Virus record (IMG/VR): IMGVR_UViG_3300022745_000026
Coordinates: 8,692 to 72,691 of that record
Reading direction: 5' to 3' (one strand)
Length of the DNA stretch: 64,000 nucleotides
Origin: a virus
Shown: piece by piece, positions 56,604-64,000 of the stretch
Layout of the letters: each line of letters opens with the position of its first letter
How positions within the stretch are numbered: the first letter of the stretch is position 1
Notes under the pieces: model-generated
The model's database searches: none
What the model was told of the DNA's origin: nothing
The model's input: the letters and a program-made list of their open reading frames with translations, nothing else
Translations under genes and position numbers: made by a program

Positions 56604-57173
56604 TTACCAAGCGGCGTTAGCCCAGTTCGCGCCAACTGCCGTGCCGTTGTACGTCATAGAGCCGGTACCGTCCTCACCAATCTTGGCCAGCTGAGCCGCA
56701 TTGGCATGGCTATGGCGGCGGGCCACTGCATCATCAATATCAGCGACCACGCTGGAGGGGCGACCAACGATGTTGGACCACTGCAAAACGATGTCCATAC
56801 TCTCTGCCTCGGAGGCCTTCACCCAAGAGGTGGTGCCTGGGTTGTAGAGGTAAGTCGCGCCGCCGGCAGTAACCGTGGTGTCACCTGTGGCGTTGATAAC
56901 GTAGACCCACTTGGCAGAGGTCAGTGGCAGCATTGCATCACGAGCCGTGATGTCCGCTACGATGGTCAGCTGATTACCGCCGCTCATGGCGGAGGAGATC
57001 ATGCCAGCTACGTCGGTCTCATTGAGCACATGGCGAGCTGCAGTACCGGCGCTGTTGACGACGAACAGTTCCACGAGGTTGGGGTTAGAAGCTACCGATA
57101 CGGCATAGACCGCGTTGGCTTCCAGCGTTCCGGGCAGAGCCGTTACTTTGTAAAAATTGAGTGTAGTTGCCAT
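56604..57173 (-). CDS. conserved phage hypothetical (putative virion) protein
   Basis: KVTALPGTLEANAVY...VADITARD...DTTV..GGATY; AAGGA RBS. Confidence 0.65.
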   Translation of the reverse strand: MATTLNFYKVTALPGTLEANAVYAVSVASNPNLVELFVVNSAGTAARHVLNETDVAGMISSAMSGGNQLTIVADITARDAMLPLTSAKWVYVINATGDTTVTAGGATYLYNPGTTSWVKASEAESMDIVLQWSNIVGRPSSVVADIDDAVARRHSHANAAQLAKIGEDGTGSMTYNGTAVGANWANAAW

Positions 57174-57182
57174 GATATTTCC

Positions 57183-57404
57183 TTACCAGTCAGGTGTGTT
57201 AGCCCACTGTGTGTGAGCGAAAAGTCCCCCATCAACACCGAGCACAAGCTGATTGCCTGCATCCGTGCTGAGGGGTGTTGTATTTGCAGGCCCCATGGGG
57301 CCTTGAGGTCCTTGCATTACTATCTCAACAAGCATAGTCGCAGGCGCTGAGATTTCGAGCACCTCTACTGCCGGTACGATAATCTCTACGACTTCTGCTG
57401 TCAT
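57183..57404 (-). CDS. small protein with collagen-like triplets
   Basis: GPQGPMGPA; STDAGNQLVLGVDGGLF. Confidence 0.6.
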   Translation of the reverse strand: MTAEVVEIIVPAVEVLEISAPATMLVEIVMQGPQGPMGPANTTPLSTDAGNQLVLGVDGGLFAHTQWANTPDW

Positions 57405-57736
57405 AGAGTCGCATCACGGACAATGTTGAGGGTACTGGAGTCATAAGTCTTGACCCGGCCGACTCCACCCGGACTAGCAGGGTAAGTCACCTGTAAATCA
57501 AATCGGTGGGGACCAATCGGTAGACCCATTACGGAAGCAGGTGCGAGCAGGTCAATGCGTCCAGCAAGCGGTGTCAGTGTGCAGTAAGCGGATAGGTCTA
57601 CTTCTAGACTGCCGTTGGGGTCTCGAATTTGGAAAGCTACAGTCGCCCCAGTCAGGTCGAGCGGCACTAGCGCGGCATCCTTCAGAATGTAGCTGCGCTC
57701 AAAGGTATCGCCGCGAGTGTGTGAAACTATGCTCAT
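57401..57736 (-). CDS. BppU-N-like beta-sandwich anchor protein
   Basis: RGDTF...DLTGATV.FQIR...FDLQVTY. Confidence 0.65.
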   Translation of the reverse strand: MSIVSHTRGDTFERSYILKDAALVPLDLTGATVAFQIRDPNGSLEVDLSAYCTLTPLAGRIDLLAPASVMGLPIGPHRFDLQVTYPASPGGVGRVKTYDSSTLNIVRDATL

Positions 57737-57786
57737 CGTGCGATTCTAGCGGTTTCGCTAGAATCTTGGGTGCCATTTTTCAGTAG

Positions 57787-59256
57787 CTACGGCTTCGCTG
57801 GCGGACCCTTTGGCTTCGTAGGGGTCTTTGGTGTGAGGGTCTTCTCTACCGCTGAGGTACCGCTTGTAGGATTGGCAACAGGCGCTGCAGCCGCCGTACT
57901 GCGGAATAAAGTGCCGCTCTTAGGTGTGTAACCTGCAGGAGGCAACTGACCCGTCAACTTCAAGCAGGCCTCCTCATCGGAAATCATGCCCAACGATAGC
58001 AAGTCCAGGATGCGGGACTGCTCCATTGACCTGAAAGCCTCCAACTCTTTGGAGGGGCGTAGGTCAAGTTCCTCATAGGCAAACTCTACGTACCCGTCTA
58101 TACCCATGATGCGAATAGCTACCGTCAGTGCTCGGCTATAAGTCTCATTGAGCTTTCGGCGCAGCATATCCGCAGACTTCAGGTACAACAACGACTCTGT
58201 AGAACTGGCATTGGCCGAACTGCCAAACCCAAGGGCCACTGGCAGTGTCTTCACCCCAGACACCAACTTGGCATTCAGCACCTTCTGCACCTGCTCCAAG
58301 ATTTGACCCGGTTGGTGGCCGCCATCCAAGTAGGAATAATTGACCATATCAAAGGACACAAGCGCATCCTCTGGATTCAGCCCGTTAACTGTGGTCTGTA
58401 CTGCTGCAATCACCGAGTTCTGGTACTCCGCCCACTTCACAGGGTCAGCCAGAATTTCTGGAGGAGTCATCTTCTTCATCTTCTCGCTATCAATACTGGC
58501 AGACAGGCGCGGAAGAATAGCCCGCTTGAGGGTCCTACTCATGTCCTGATCGAACTCAATATCAGCGATAATGCTCTTAATAGAGGACTCAAGGGGAGAA
58601 GTAGGGTGCAACTTGGACGAACTTTGGTCAACACTGGTGTAGATAATCGTAGGTAAATCTAAATCAATCTCTGTACCCCCAATGCGCTGCTTGATCTTAA
58701 ATGAATTCTCTTCTTCATAGAAAATCAGGGTGGGAATCGCAATCACGTTGAAACTTGCTGGAACCCGTGCCTTATCCAAGGCCACTTCCAGGCAGTGTGC
58801 CCCCTCCAGCAACAGGTCTCTGGCCAAGGTCTCTGACAAGCTCTGCAGCCCCTGCTGTACACCCATACTGCCGTCTGCATTACCGAGGTAAGTCAAGCGC
58901 CGCAGCAACTCGTGCGCCAAGGCTGTTGCCGCTGGGTCCACTTGTCCGTCCAAGTTGCGCCCCACCACTGTGAAATTCTCTGGAATACCTGTGCGAATGG
59001 CAAGGTAAATGGCCGCAGACATCTCCCCGGACTGCACACTAGCCTCTTGCAGCACTTGGGAAGTCGTAGAGCGGCTACGCAGGTCAACCAAGCGGTCAAG
59101 ACTGCGTAAATTGCGGTCTTGGCGCGGCACTGCGCTAGTCGTCGGCGTGACATTGCGGCGATAACCTGGCAAGGCCTGCGGCGCATTAGGCGCTTTCGGC
59201 AGTGGTGGCGGTGTCAGTGTAGACGCTTGGAAAAATGACTTGATTGATTCAAACAT
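57787..59256 (-). CDS. portal protein
   Basis: About 489 aa from MFESIK; first large gene after terminase; helical; LGMISDEEA near C-terminus. Confidence 0.75.
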   Translation of the reverse strand: MFESIKSFFQASTLTPPPLPKAPNAPQALPGYRRNVTPTTSAVPRQDRNLRSLDRLVDLRSRSTTSQVLQEASVQSGEMSAAIYLAIRTGIPENFTVVGRNLDGQVDPAATALAHELLRRLTYLGNADGSMGVQQGLQSLSETLARDLLLEGAHCLEVALDKARVPASFNVIAIPTLIFYEEENSFKIKQRIGGTEIDLDLPTIIYTSVDQSSSKLHPTSPLESSIKSIIADIEFDQDMSRTLKRAILPRLSASIDSEKMKKMTPPEILADPVKWAEYQNSVIAAVQTTVNGLNPEDALVSFDMVNYSYLDGGHQPGQILEQVQKVLNAKLVSGVKTLPVALGFGSSANASSTESLLYLKSADMLRRKLNETYSRALTVAIRIMGIDGYVEFAYEELDLRPSKELEAFRSMEQSRILDLLSLGMISDEEACLKLTGQLPPAGYTPKSGTLFRSTAAAAPVANPTSGTSAVEKTLTPKTPTKPKGPPAKP

Positions 59257-60044
59257 AGGGGCTCCGGGGTTTGGGCCGATTCTAACAGAGGTGCTTGGAA
59301 ATCTTCGGATTCTAGGGCTCGTGGGATGGTCCAGCTGTAGCGGTTGAGGCGCTGGTGGACTCGGCTGTACGGCAGGCCAGCAACCTCGCACGCTTCCGCG
59401 AGGCATATATTCTTGCCGATATACGAGACAAGTCGGTTGTTTCGCTTGTTCCGGCCTTGTTCTATTCGAGTCGCCCACACACAGTTCTGGGGGCTATACC
59501 CTAAGTTATTGTCTTCCCGTTCCAGCGTGAGTCCGGGCTTATGGCTAGGTGCCATGTCAGAAATAAGGTTTCGAATGTCATGCCACCTTTCGCAGACTCT
59601 GATTCCGCGACCACCCCAATCGGCAAACTGCTTATTCTCGGGGTTGTAGCAGCGGCTCATCATGTTGTGGTGTGTCGCATAGAGTGGGTGCTTTTCGAGC
59701 CCGTGAGTTGTACGTGCAGCCGCTGAAACCTCCCTACTGTAGCACCCACAACTCATGGTATTGCCTCGGCGCAGTTCATTCAACACAACCCGCCTCTCAA
59801 CACCACAATCACATTGACACAACCACCTGCGATTAGACTGGCTGCAACTTTGCCCAGCAACTTCCTCAACAAGCGTAAGCCTGCTATACTTGTCACTCGG
59901 AAGGTTCTTTTCCCTACCTTTTGGTGCTGTTCTATCTGGAATTGGTGAAGAAAATTCTACGTCATGTGGAGCTCCATTTGAAAGTGGTAGGCCCAACGGT
60001 GAAAATTCCGCTGTGGCACGGTACATCAGGCCGTCCACTATCAA
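59214..60044 (-). CDS. HNH homing endonuclease (start uncertain, possibly frameshifted)
   Basis: WLCQCDCG, SCGC, WGGRGIRVCERW, TLEREDNNLGY.P.NC.WAT. Confidence 0.85.
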   Translation of the reverse strand: MIVDGLMYRATAEFSPLGLPLSNGAPHDVEFSSPIPDRTAPKGREKNLPSDKYSRLTLVEEVAGQSCSQSNRRWLCQCDCGVERRVVLNELRRGNTMSCGCYSREVSAAARTTHGLEKHPLYATHHNMMSRCYNPENKQFADWGGRGIRVCERWHDIRNLISDMAPSHKPGLTLEREDNNLGYSPQNCVWATRIEQGRNKRNNRLVSYIGKNICLAEACEVAGLPYSRVHQRLNRYSWTIPRALESEDFQAPLLESAQTPEPLCLNQSSHFSKRLH

Positions 60045-60086
60045 ATGAAGCTTCAGGCCACAGGTTTAGGCTTTTCACAGCCCTGC
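59966..60086 (-). ncRNA. structured leader with long stem and two predicted pseudoknot pairings
   Basis: TAGAAT -10 at 60091-60096; 18/20-bp stem 60035-60054 with 59968-59987; GTGAAA loop vs TTTCAC; CTGTGGC vs GCCACAG. Confidence 0.55.
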
Positions 60087-60102
60087 AAGAATTCTACCAC
60101 AA

Positions 60103-61776
60103 CTACTTCCGCACCGTAAAACTCGTCACGAGGGGGACCGCGCCCGCGTTCGTCCAGCTTCCGGCGGTCCCGCGCAACAGGCAGGCCGTCAGCAGGTACA
60201 TCAAGCTGAAGTGGTAGTGGTCCTCATGGTCGGTTTTTTTCCAGATGTGGGTTAACTCATCACGAACGAACTCTTGGGCCCTTTTCAATGAAAGCATCTG
60301 AGACATAAACTTTGCATCGTCGCCGGACCGGTGAATTATGATTTTTCGCTCCTTAAAGAGTGAAAGGACTTTATCAAGCATGGCTGTGCGGGCAATCTTT
60401 ACCAGGCGTAAATTCAGCTTTCCTTCTTCCTTGTCCTCCTCCTTTTGGTGGCTGGTGAACAATTCAGGGTTCTTGGAACTGGAAAACATAGCACCCCAAG
60501 CTCGGGGGTCGTAGTCCGTGATCTTGGTTATCAAGTGTGTTTCCGGCTGTGTATCATGCACACTCACCACCACCTTGAACTGAGCACACAACTCTCGCCT
60601 ACGCATCTCAAATATGGAGAGTGGTATAGCCTCTCGGTGTACCGTCAGCAGTGTGCCATCCGCTGTCAACCTGCCGATAGTCACATGGCATAATTGACCC
60701 ATATCAGCCCCAAGACAGTGTAACTCGCTTGAATCTAGCGGGCTGTCCACAAGCGCAGCTTCAAGGTCTTTCAAAGTAATCTGCTCGTTCTCTTCTTCAG
60801 CCACCTCCCCCAAGCACTGGTTCAGGAACTCTGAGCGCTTGGTAAATTCCGTGCTTACCCGCACGAAATAGCTGGGTTTCAGTACCTCACAGGCTGTCGC
60901 AGGGCTGATGTAGTAAGTGTGCGCCTCGTAATTATCATTATCGTTCTCACAAACCCACTCCATGCTAGTCTCTTTCAACTTGGGGTCCCTACCACACTCC
61001 GGGCAATTCCACCGGGCCTTTTGCCAAGCAATATCCTTGATGGATGTGGCAGTAATGTCCGTCATATCCCCAAGAAATCCCGGAATCACGATGTCAGTGT
61101 GAAAACTCGGCATCCACAAGTGGCTGCAGCAGCCGCACTTCGCCATGTGCCGGTAGCGCTTGGAAGTCTCAGCTTCCTTGCTGATGCCGAGCCCTCCAAT
61201 CGTTGGGGTAGAGAATTGCTTGACAATCTGGAGTTTTGAGGCTTGTAGGCGTGAGCGAAACTGCTTCACCGTGTCAGGGTCGCACCTGTCCAGCTCGTCG
61301 AGCACAAGGCAGTCAGCACTAATGGACAAGGCTGCGGTCTCGCTCTTAGTACCTCGTGTAAATAGGAAGTTCTGCCCTATCTTTTTCAGTTCAACAGAGT
61401 CAGTATCCTTATCGACCATGCGTCTCAATGCAGGTGACTCGTTTATAAGTGGGTTGACTTTTGTAGTGGTCAGCTTACTTGCATCTCCAGCACTCGGGAG
61501 GCCGTAGATTACATTAAACTTTGGCTGAGTAGCCATCCCGGCTAAGAAATAGGCGATAGTTGAGGTTGTAGCCCCGATTTGAGCCAATTTTACGATGTTT
61601 GTCGCCCTACTTGTGTCGTTTACGATGTCTTTTTGGAACTGATAGCCGTTCTTGAAGGACATGCGGCGACCTTCCAAGTAGATGTTCTTCTCGATATAAT
61701 CTGACAAATTGTGTAGGTGATACCTGTTGGACACATCATCCACAAGTCTTTGGAAGTGTTCTGTAGCCAAGTTCAT
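60103..61776 (-). CDS. terL: terminase large subunit (lambda gpA-like)
   Basis: KLAQIGAT, VLDELD, FSTPT, CxxC zinc motifs, LGADMG, DHYHF. Confidence 0.9.
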   Translation of the reverse strand: MNLATEHFQRLVDDVSNRYHLHNLSDYIEKNIYLEGRRMSFKNGYQFQKDIVNDTSRATNIVKLAQIGATTSTIAYFLAGMATQPKFNVIYGLPSAGDASKLTTTKVNPLINESPALRRMVDKDTDSVELKKIGQNFLFTRGTKSETAALSISADCLVLDELDRCDPDTVKQFRSRLQASKLQIVKQFSTPTIGGLGISKEAETSKRYRHMAKCGCCSHLWMPSFHTDIVIPGFLGDMTDITATSIKDIAWQKARWNCPECGRDPKLKETSMEWVCENDNDNYEAHTYYISPATACEVLKPSYFVRVSTEFTKRSEFLNQCLGEVAEEENEQITLKDLEAALVDSPLDSSELHCLGADMGQLCHVTIGRLTADGTLLTVHREAIPLSIFEMRRRELCAQFKVVVSVHDTQPETHLITKITDYDPRAWGAMFSSSKNPELFTSHQKEEDKEEGKLNLRLVKIARTAMLDKVLSLFKERKIIIHRSGDDAKFMSQMLSLKRAQEFVRDELTHIWKKTDHEDHYHFSLMYLLTACLLRGTAGSWTNAGAVPLVTSFTVRK

Positions 61777-62114
61777 AGCTTCAGCGCCCCCTTATACGTG
61801 TCAAAGAACTCTTGCTGTAGGTCTGGGAACTGTTTTAGGCTGTGGCTGAGTGCCATTTCCACTCGTTTTAGCTCCTCCAACGTATGCAGGTCGCTCTGCA
61901 GTTTCACAAGTTGGGAGATGACTGACCCGATAGCGTTCAAGGCTTGTACCCGATAATTCAAGGGCTCCTCTGACAGTTCAGCATCCTGCAGCATGTCCTT
62001 GGCCTTCTGGTACTGGCGCAGAAGCTCAGTGTGTAGGTCAAGTGGGCCCTCCTTGGGCTCTGGGGGCGGTGGCGCAGCTTTCTTTTGCGCGTAGATTTCG
62101 TCAAGCGATGCCAT
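61773..62114 (-). CDS. putative terminase small subunit
   Basis: Helical 113-aa ORF coupled to terL. Confidence 0.55.
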   Translation of the reverse strand: MASLDEIYAQKKAAPPPPEPKEGPLDLHTELLRQYQKAKDMLQDAELSEEPLNYRVQALNAIGSVISQLVKLQSDLHTLEELKRVEMALSHSLKQFPDLQQEFFDTYKGALKL

Positions 62115-62409
62115 TTTTGTACTCCTTCAGCCGACGGAAAAAGGTTCTGGGGCTGGTGAATGACAAGGCCGCCGCCTGCTTCGCTGAAATCCCTTGGCTC
62201 AGGTACTGTGCCACGATCCGATTTTGGAATTCGATTCGGGTTCGGCGTAGGAGTTTGGGGTCACGTCGCGGTTTGCGTGCTGGCAGGCTTTTGCCCACCC
62301 AAGATTCACTGTATCCAAGGTCCTTTGCGAGCTGGCGCACGGTCAAGGTTCGGTTGTACAGCGCGTCTAGCTGTTCGGGTGTGACGAGTTGGGCAAGGGT
62401 CTTACGCAT
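62101..62409 (-). CDS. double helix-turn-helix DNA-binding protein
   Basis: TVRQLAKDLGYSESWV and SAKQAAALSFTSPRTFFRRL. Confidence 0.7.
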   Translation of the reverse strand: MRKTLAQLVTPEQLDALYNRTLTVRQLAKDLGYSESWVGKSLPARKPRRDPKLLRRTRIEFQNRIVAQYLSQGISAKQAAALSFTSPRTFFRRLKEYKNGIA

Positions 62410-62487
62410 GTTGGGGTTCTTGTTGGTGTCATTGTGGCAGCATTGTACAGGGTTTGGGGGAAATGGCAGGTTTGGGTGGAGGGGGCG

Positions 62488-62545
62488 TTTTGTTGGGCCG
62501 TTTTGTTGGGCCGTTTTTGTTGGGCCGTTTTTGTTGGGCCGTTTT
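62488..62545. repeat. four tandem copies of T4-5-GTTGGGCCG
   Basis: Read directly; non-coding, upstream of packaging genes. Confidence 0.9.
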
Positions 62546-62816
62546 GGCAGAAAAATTGGCGAATTTTTGAGGGGCCTGGACTGGCGAGGCCGCCTTCCTG
62601 GTTTATAAGTGGTGTACGTCGCCTAACATGAAAACCCCACAACGTCAACATTTATTTTGTTGCATAAAACGACCTGGCAGAGACCAGACGCTGGTGAAGC
62701 CTAAAATGCAAAATAAAATTAAATTTATCCCTAAAACATAAAATTCTCATGTAAAATCTCTATCAGGGTTCAAAATTAGACTTACTAATTACCCCAGGCG
62801 CCTATGGTGCCATTTT

Positions 62817-63512
62817 ATGAAAAGGTTTGCTATGTCCACAGTTTCCGTTTCCGTTTCCGTTCTCGCCACTATCTCCAATGTGACGGCTGCACAGCTTGAC
62901 GCGGCCAATGCCACTATTAAAAAAGCGGGTGGCACGCAACAAGCTCTAAGCGCGTATCTACGCACCGGACAAAAAACACACGCTACGACGGGCGCTCTAG
63001 CGTACGTGTGGAATGGCGTCCGCGAATTGCTGGCTGATGGTCAAAAAAGCAAGCTTCAAGGCTTTTCCCTTGCATCAAAAAAAGATAGTGCAGCATTAGA
63101 TACCCTGCGCAATCTCGGTATCGTGAGCGAATCCGGCGCTGTGATTGTTGGTGTCGAGCCCACCTTCAAGGGTAGCAAAGACGATAAGGATTGGAGCGAG
63201 AAATTCCCCCAGTTTTTGGCGCTGGTGCAAGCCAATGAGGCGGTCATTGCAGCGAAAAAAGCCCCCGTCAAAAAAGCCACCACCACCGAAGCCACCACCA
63301 CCGAAGCCACCACCACCGAAGCCACCACCACCGAAGCCACCACCACCGAAGCCCCAAAAACTCCCGGACAAATTGACGACGATACTACTGCCCACATCAT
63401 CGCCCGAATCAATGCCGGCATGTTATCTAATGACAACATCAAGGCGCTATTGGCAGTGTTAGCCCCTCATGGCGTAAAACCCGCACCGAAAAAACAAGCT
63501 GTAAACGCCTAA
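62817..63512 (+). CDS. hypothetical protein with ATTTE repeats; first gene of a divergent unit
   Basis: 231-aa ORF after AT-rich promoter region (TAAAAT at 62752); start may be MSTVS after AAGG. Confidence 0.65.
   Translation: MKRFAMSTVSVSVSVLATISNVTAAQLDAANATIKKAGGTQQALSAYLRTGQKTHATTGALAYVWNGVRELLADGQKSKLQGFSLASKKDSAALDTLRNLGIVSESGAVIVGVEPTFKGSKDDKDWSEKFPQFLALVQANEAVIAAKKAPVKKATTTEATTTEATTTEATTTEATTTEAPKTPGQIDDDTTAHIIARINAGMLSNDNIKALLAVLAPHGVKPAPKKQAVNA
63276..63350 (+). repeat. 5 x 15-bp GCCACCACCACCGAA (ATTTE)
   Basis: Read directly. Confidence 0.95.
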
Positions 63513-63517
63513 GCGAT

Positions 63518-63620
63518 AACCCAGCGCTTCACGCGCTGGGTTTACTTATGCCCCAGTGGCATAAGTAAACCCAGCGGACAATTTAGCATCGTCTAAATAG
63601 TCCCTTTGATCTTTAAAAAT
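63518..63620 (+). promoter_or_regulatory. overlapping alternative hairpins plus boxA-like sequence
   Basis: 10-bp hairpin 63518-63542; perfect 19-bp inverted repeat 63534-63576; TGATCTTTAAAAAT at 63607-63620. Confidence 0.5.
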
Positions 63621-63807
63621 TAGTTCTCCTAAATGATGCAAAGTGCAGCACGCCATGAAGGTGTGTGTCGCGTACTATTTGTTTAGTCCTGGGTGTTTTA
63701 TCCCGTGTCGGTCCCGTTATTCGGTCCCGTATCGCGTGCAGTGTGATAGCTGCTATTCACTCGGATAGTACCCGAAAAATTTAGGGGCATATATCTTGTT
63801 TAGTGCA

Positions 63808-63975
63808 GTGGCTCTGCCCGTGGCTCTGCCCGTGGCTCTGCCAGTGGCTCTGCCCGTGGCTCTGCCCGTGGCTCTGCCCGTGGCTCTGCCCGTGGCTCTG
63901 CCAGTGGCTCTGCCCGTGGCTCTGCCCGTGGCTCTGCCCGTGGCTCTGCCCGTGGCTCTGCCCGTGGCTCTGCCC
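63808..63975. repeat. 14 x 12-bp GTGGCTCTGCC(C/A) tandem array
   Basis: Read directly; units 3 and 8 end in A. Confidence 0.95.
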
Positions 63976-64000
63976 ACGCACCAGAAAAATCAGCTTCATG

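Noticed and set aside
59214-60102. Group I intron carrying the HNH inside terminase or portal
   Set aside because: Both flanking genes look complete and I could not identify intron core elements
62609-62620. GTGGTGTACGTC identical to positions 1-12
   Set aside because: Only 12 nt and the window start lies inside thyX, so it is not evidence of a terminal repeat
62580-63800. tRNA genes in the non-coding right end
   Set aside because: No cloverleaf or T-loop GTTCRA pattern seen
63808-63975. Possible CRISPR array, or the GRAT/GQSH repeat ORFs
   Set aside because: Units abut with no spacers and no cas genes are present; the ORFs are by-products of a stop-free 12-mer

Overview
A 64-kb segment of a tailed dsDNA phage with a long non-contractile tail. 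No integrase or repressor is seen in the window. The + arm (1-21670) carries nucleotide metabolism, replication and recombination genes: ThyX, ATP-dependent ligase, C5-methylase-like protein, SNF2 helicase, AEP primase-helicase, DEDDh exonuclease, MazG-like protein, a three-domain family A polymerase, resolvase and SbcCD. The - arm (62409 down to 21663) carries terminase, portal, a 7-kb inserted fibre-like block, S49 protease, decoration and capsid proteins, head-tail joiners, tail tube, a -1 frameshifted chaperone, a 2674-aa tape measure, two paralogous modular LamG fibres and a lysis cassette. Selfish elements are four HNH homing endonucleases and a tnpB-only IS200/IS605 element with recognisable ends and a 5' frameshift. 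The most unusual signal is that the two HNH genes with their own promoter each sit behind a ~110-130 nt structured leader whose two loops are complementary (GTAGGAA/TTCCTAC and GTGAAA/TTTCAC), a candidate nuclease-associated kissing-loop ncRNA. The right end holds a divergent promoter region, short tandem repeats and an attenuator/boxA-like region. All calls come from motif reading by eye; no database search was run.
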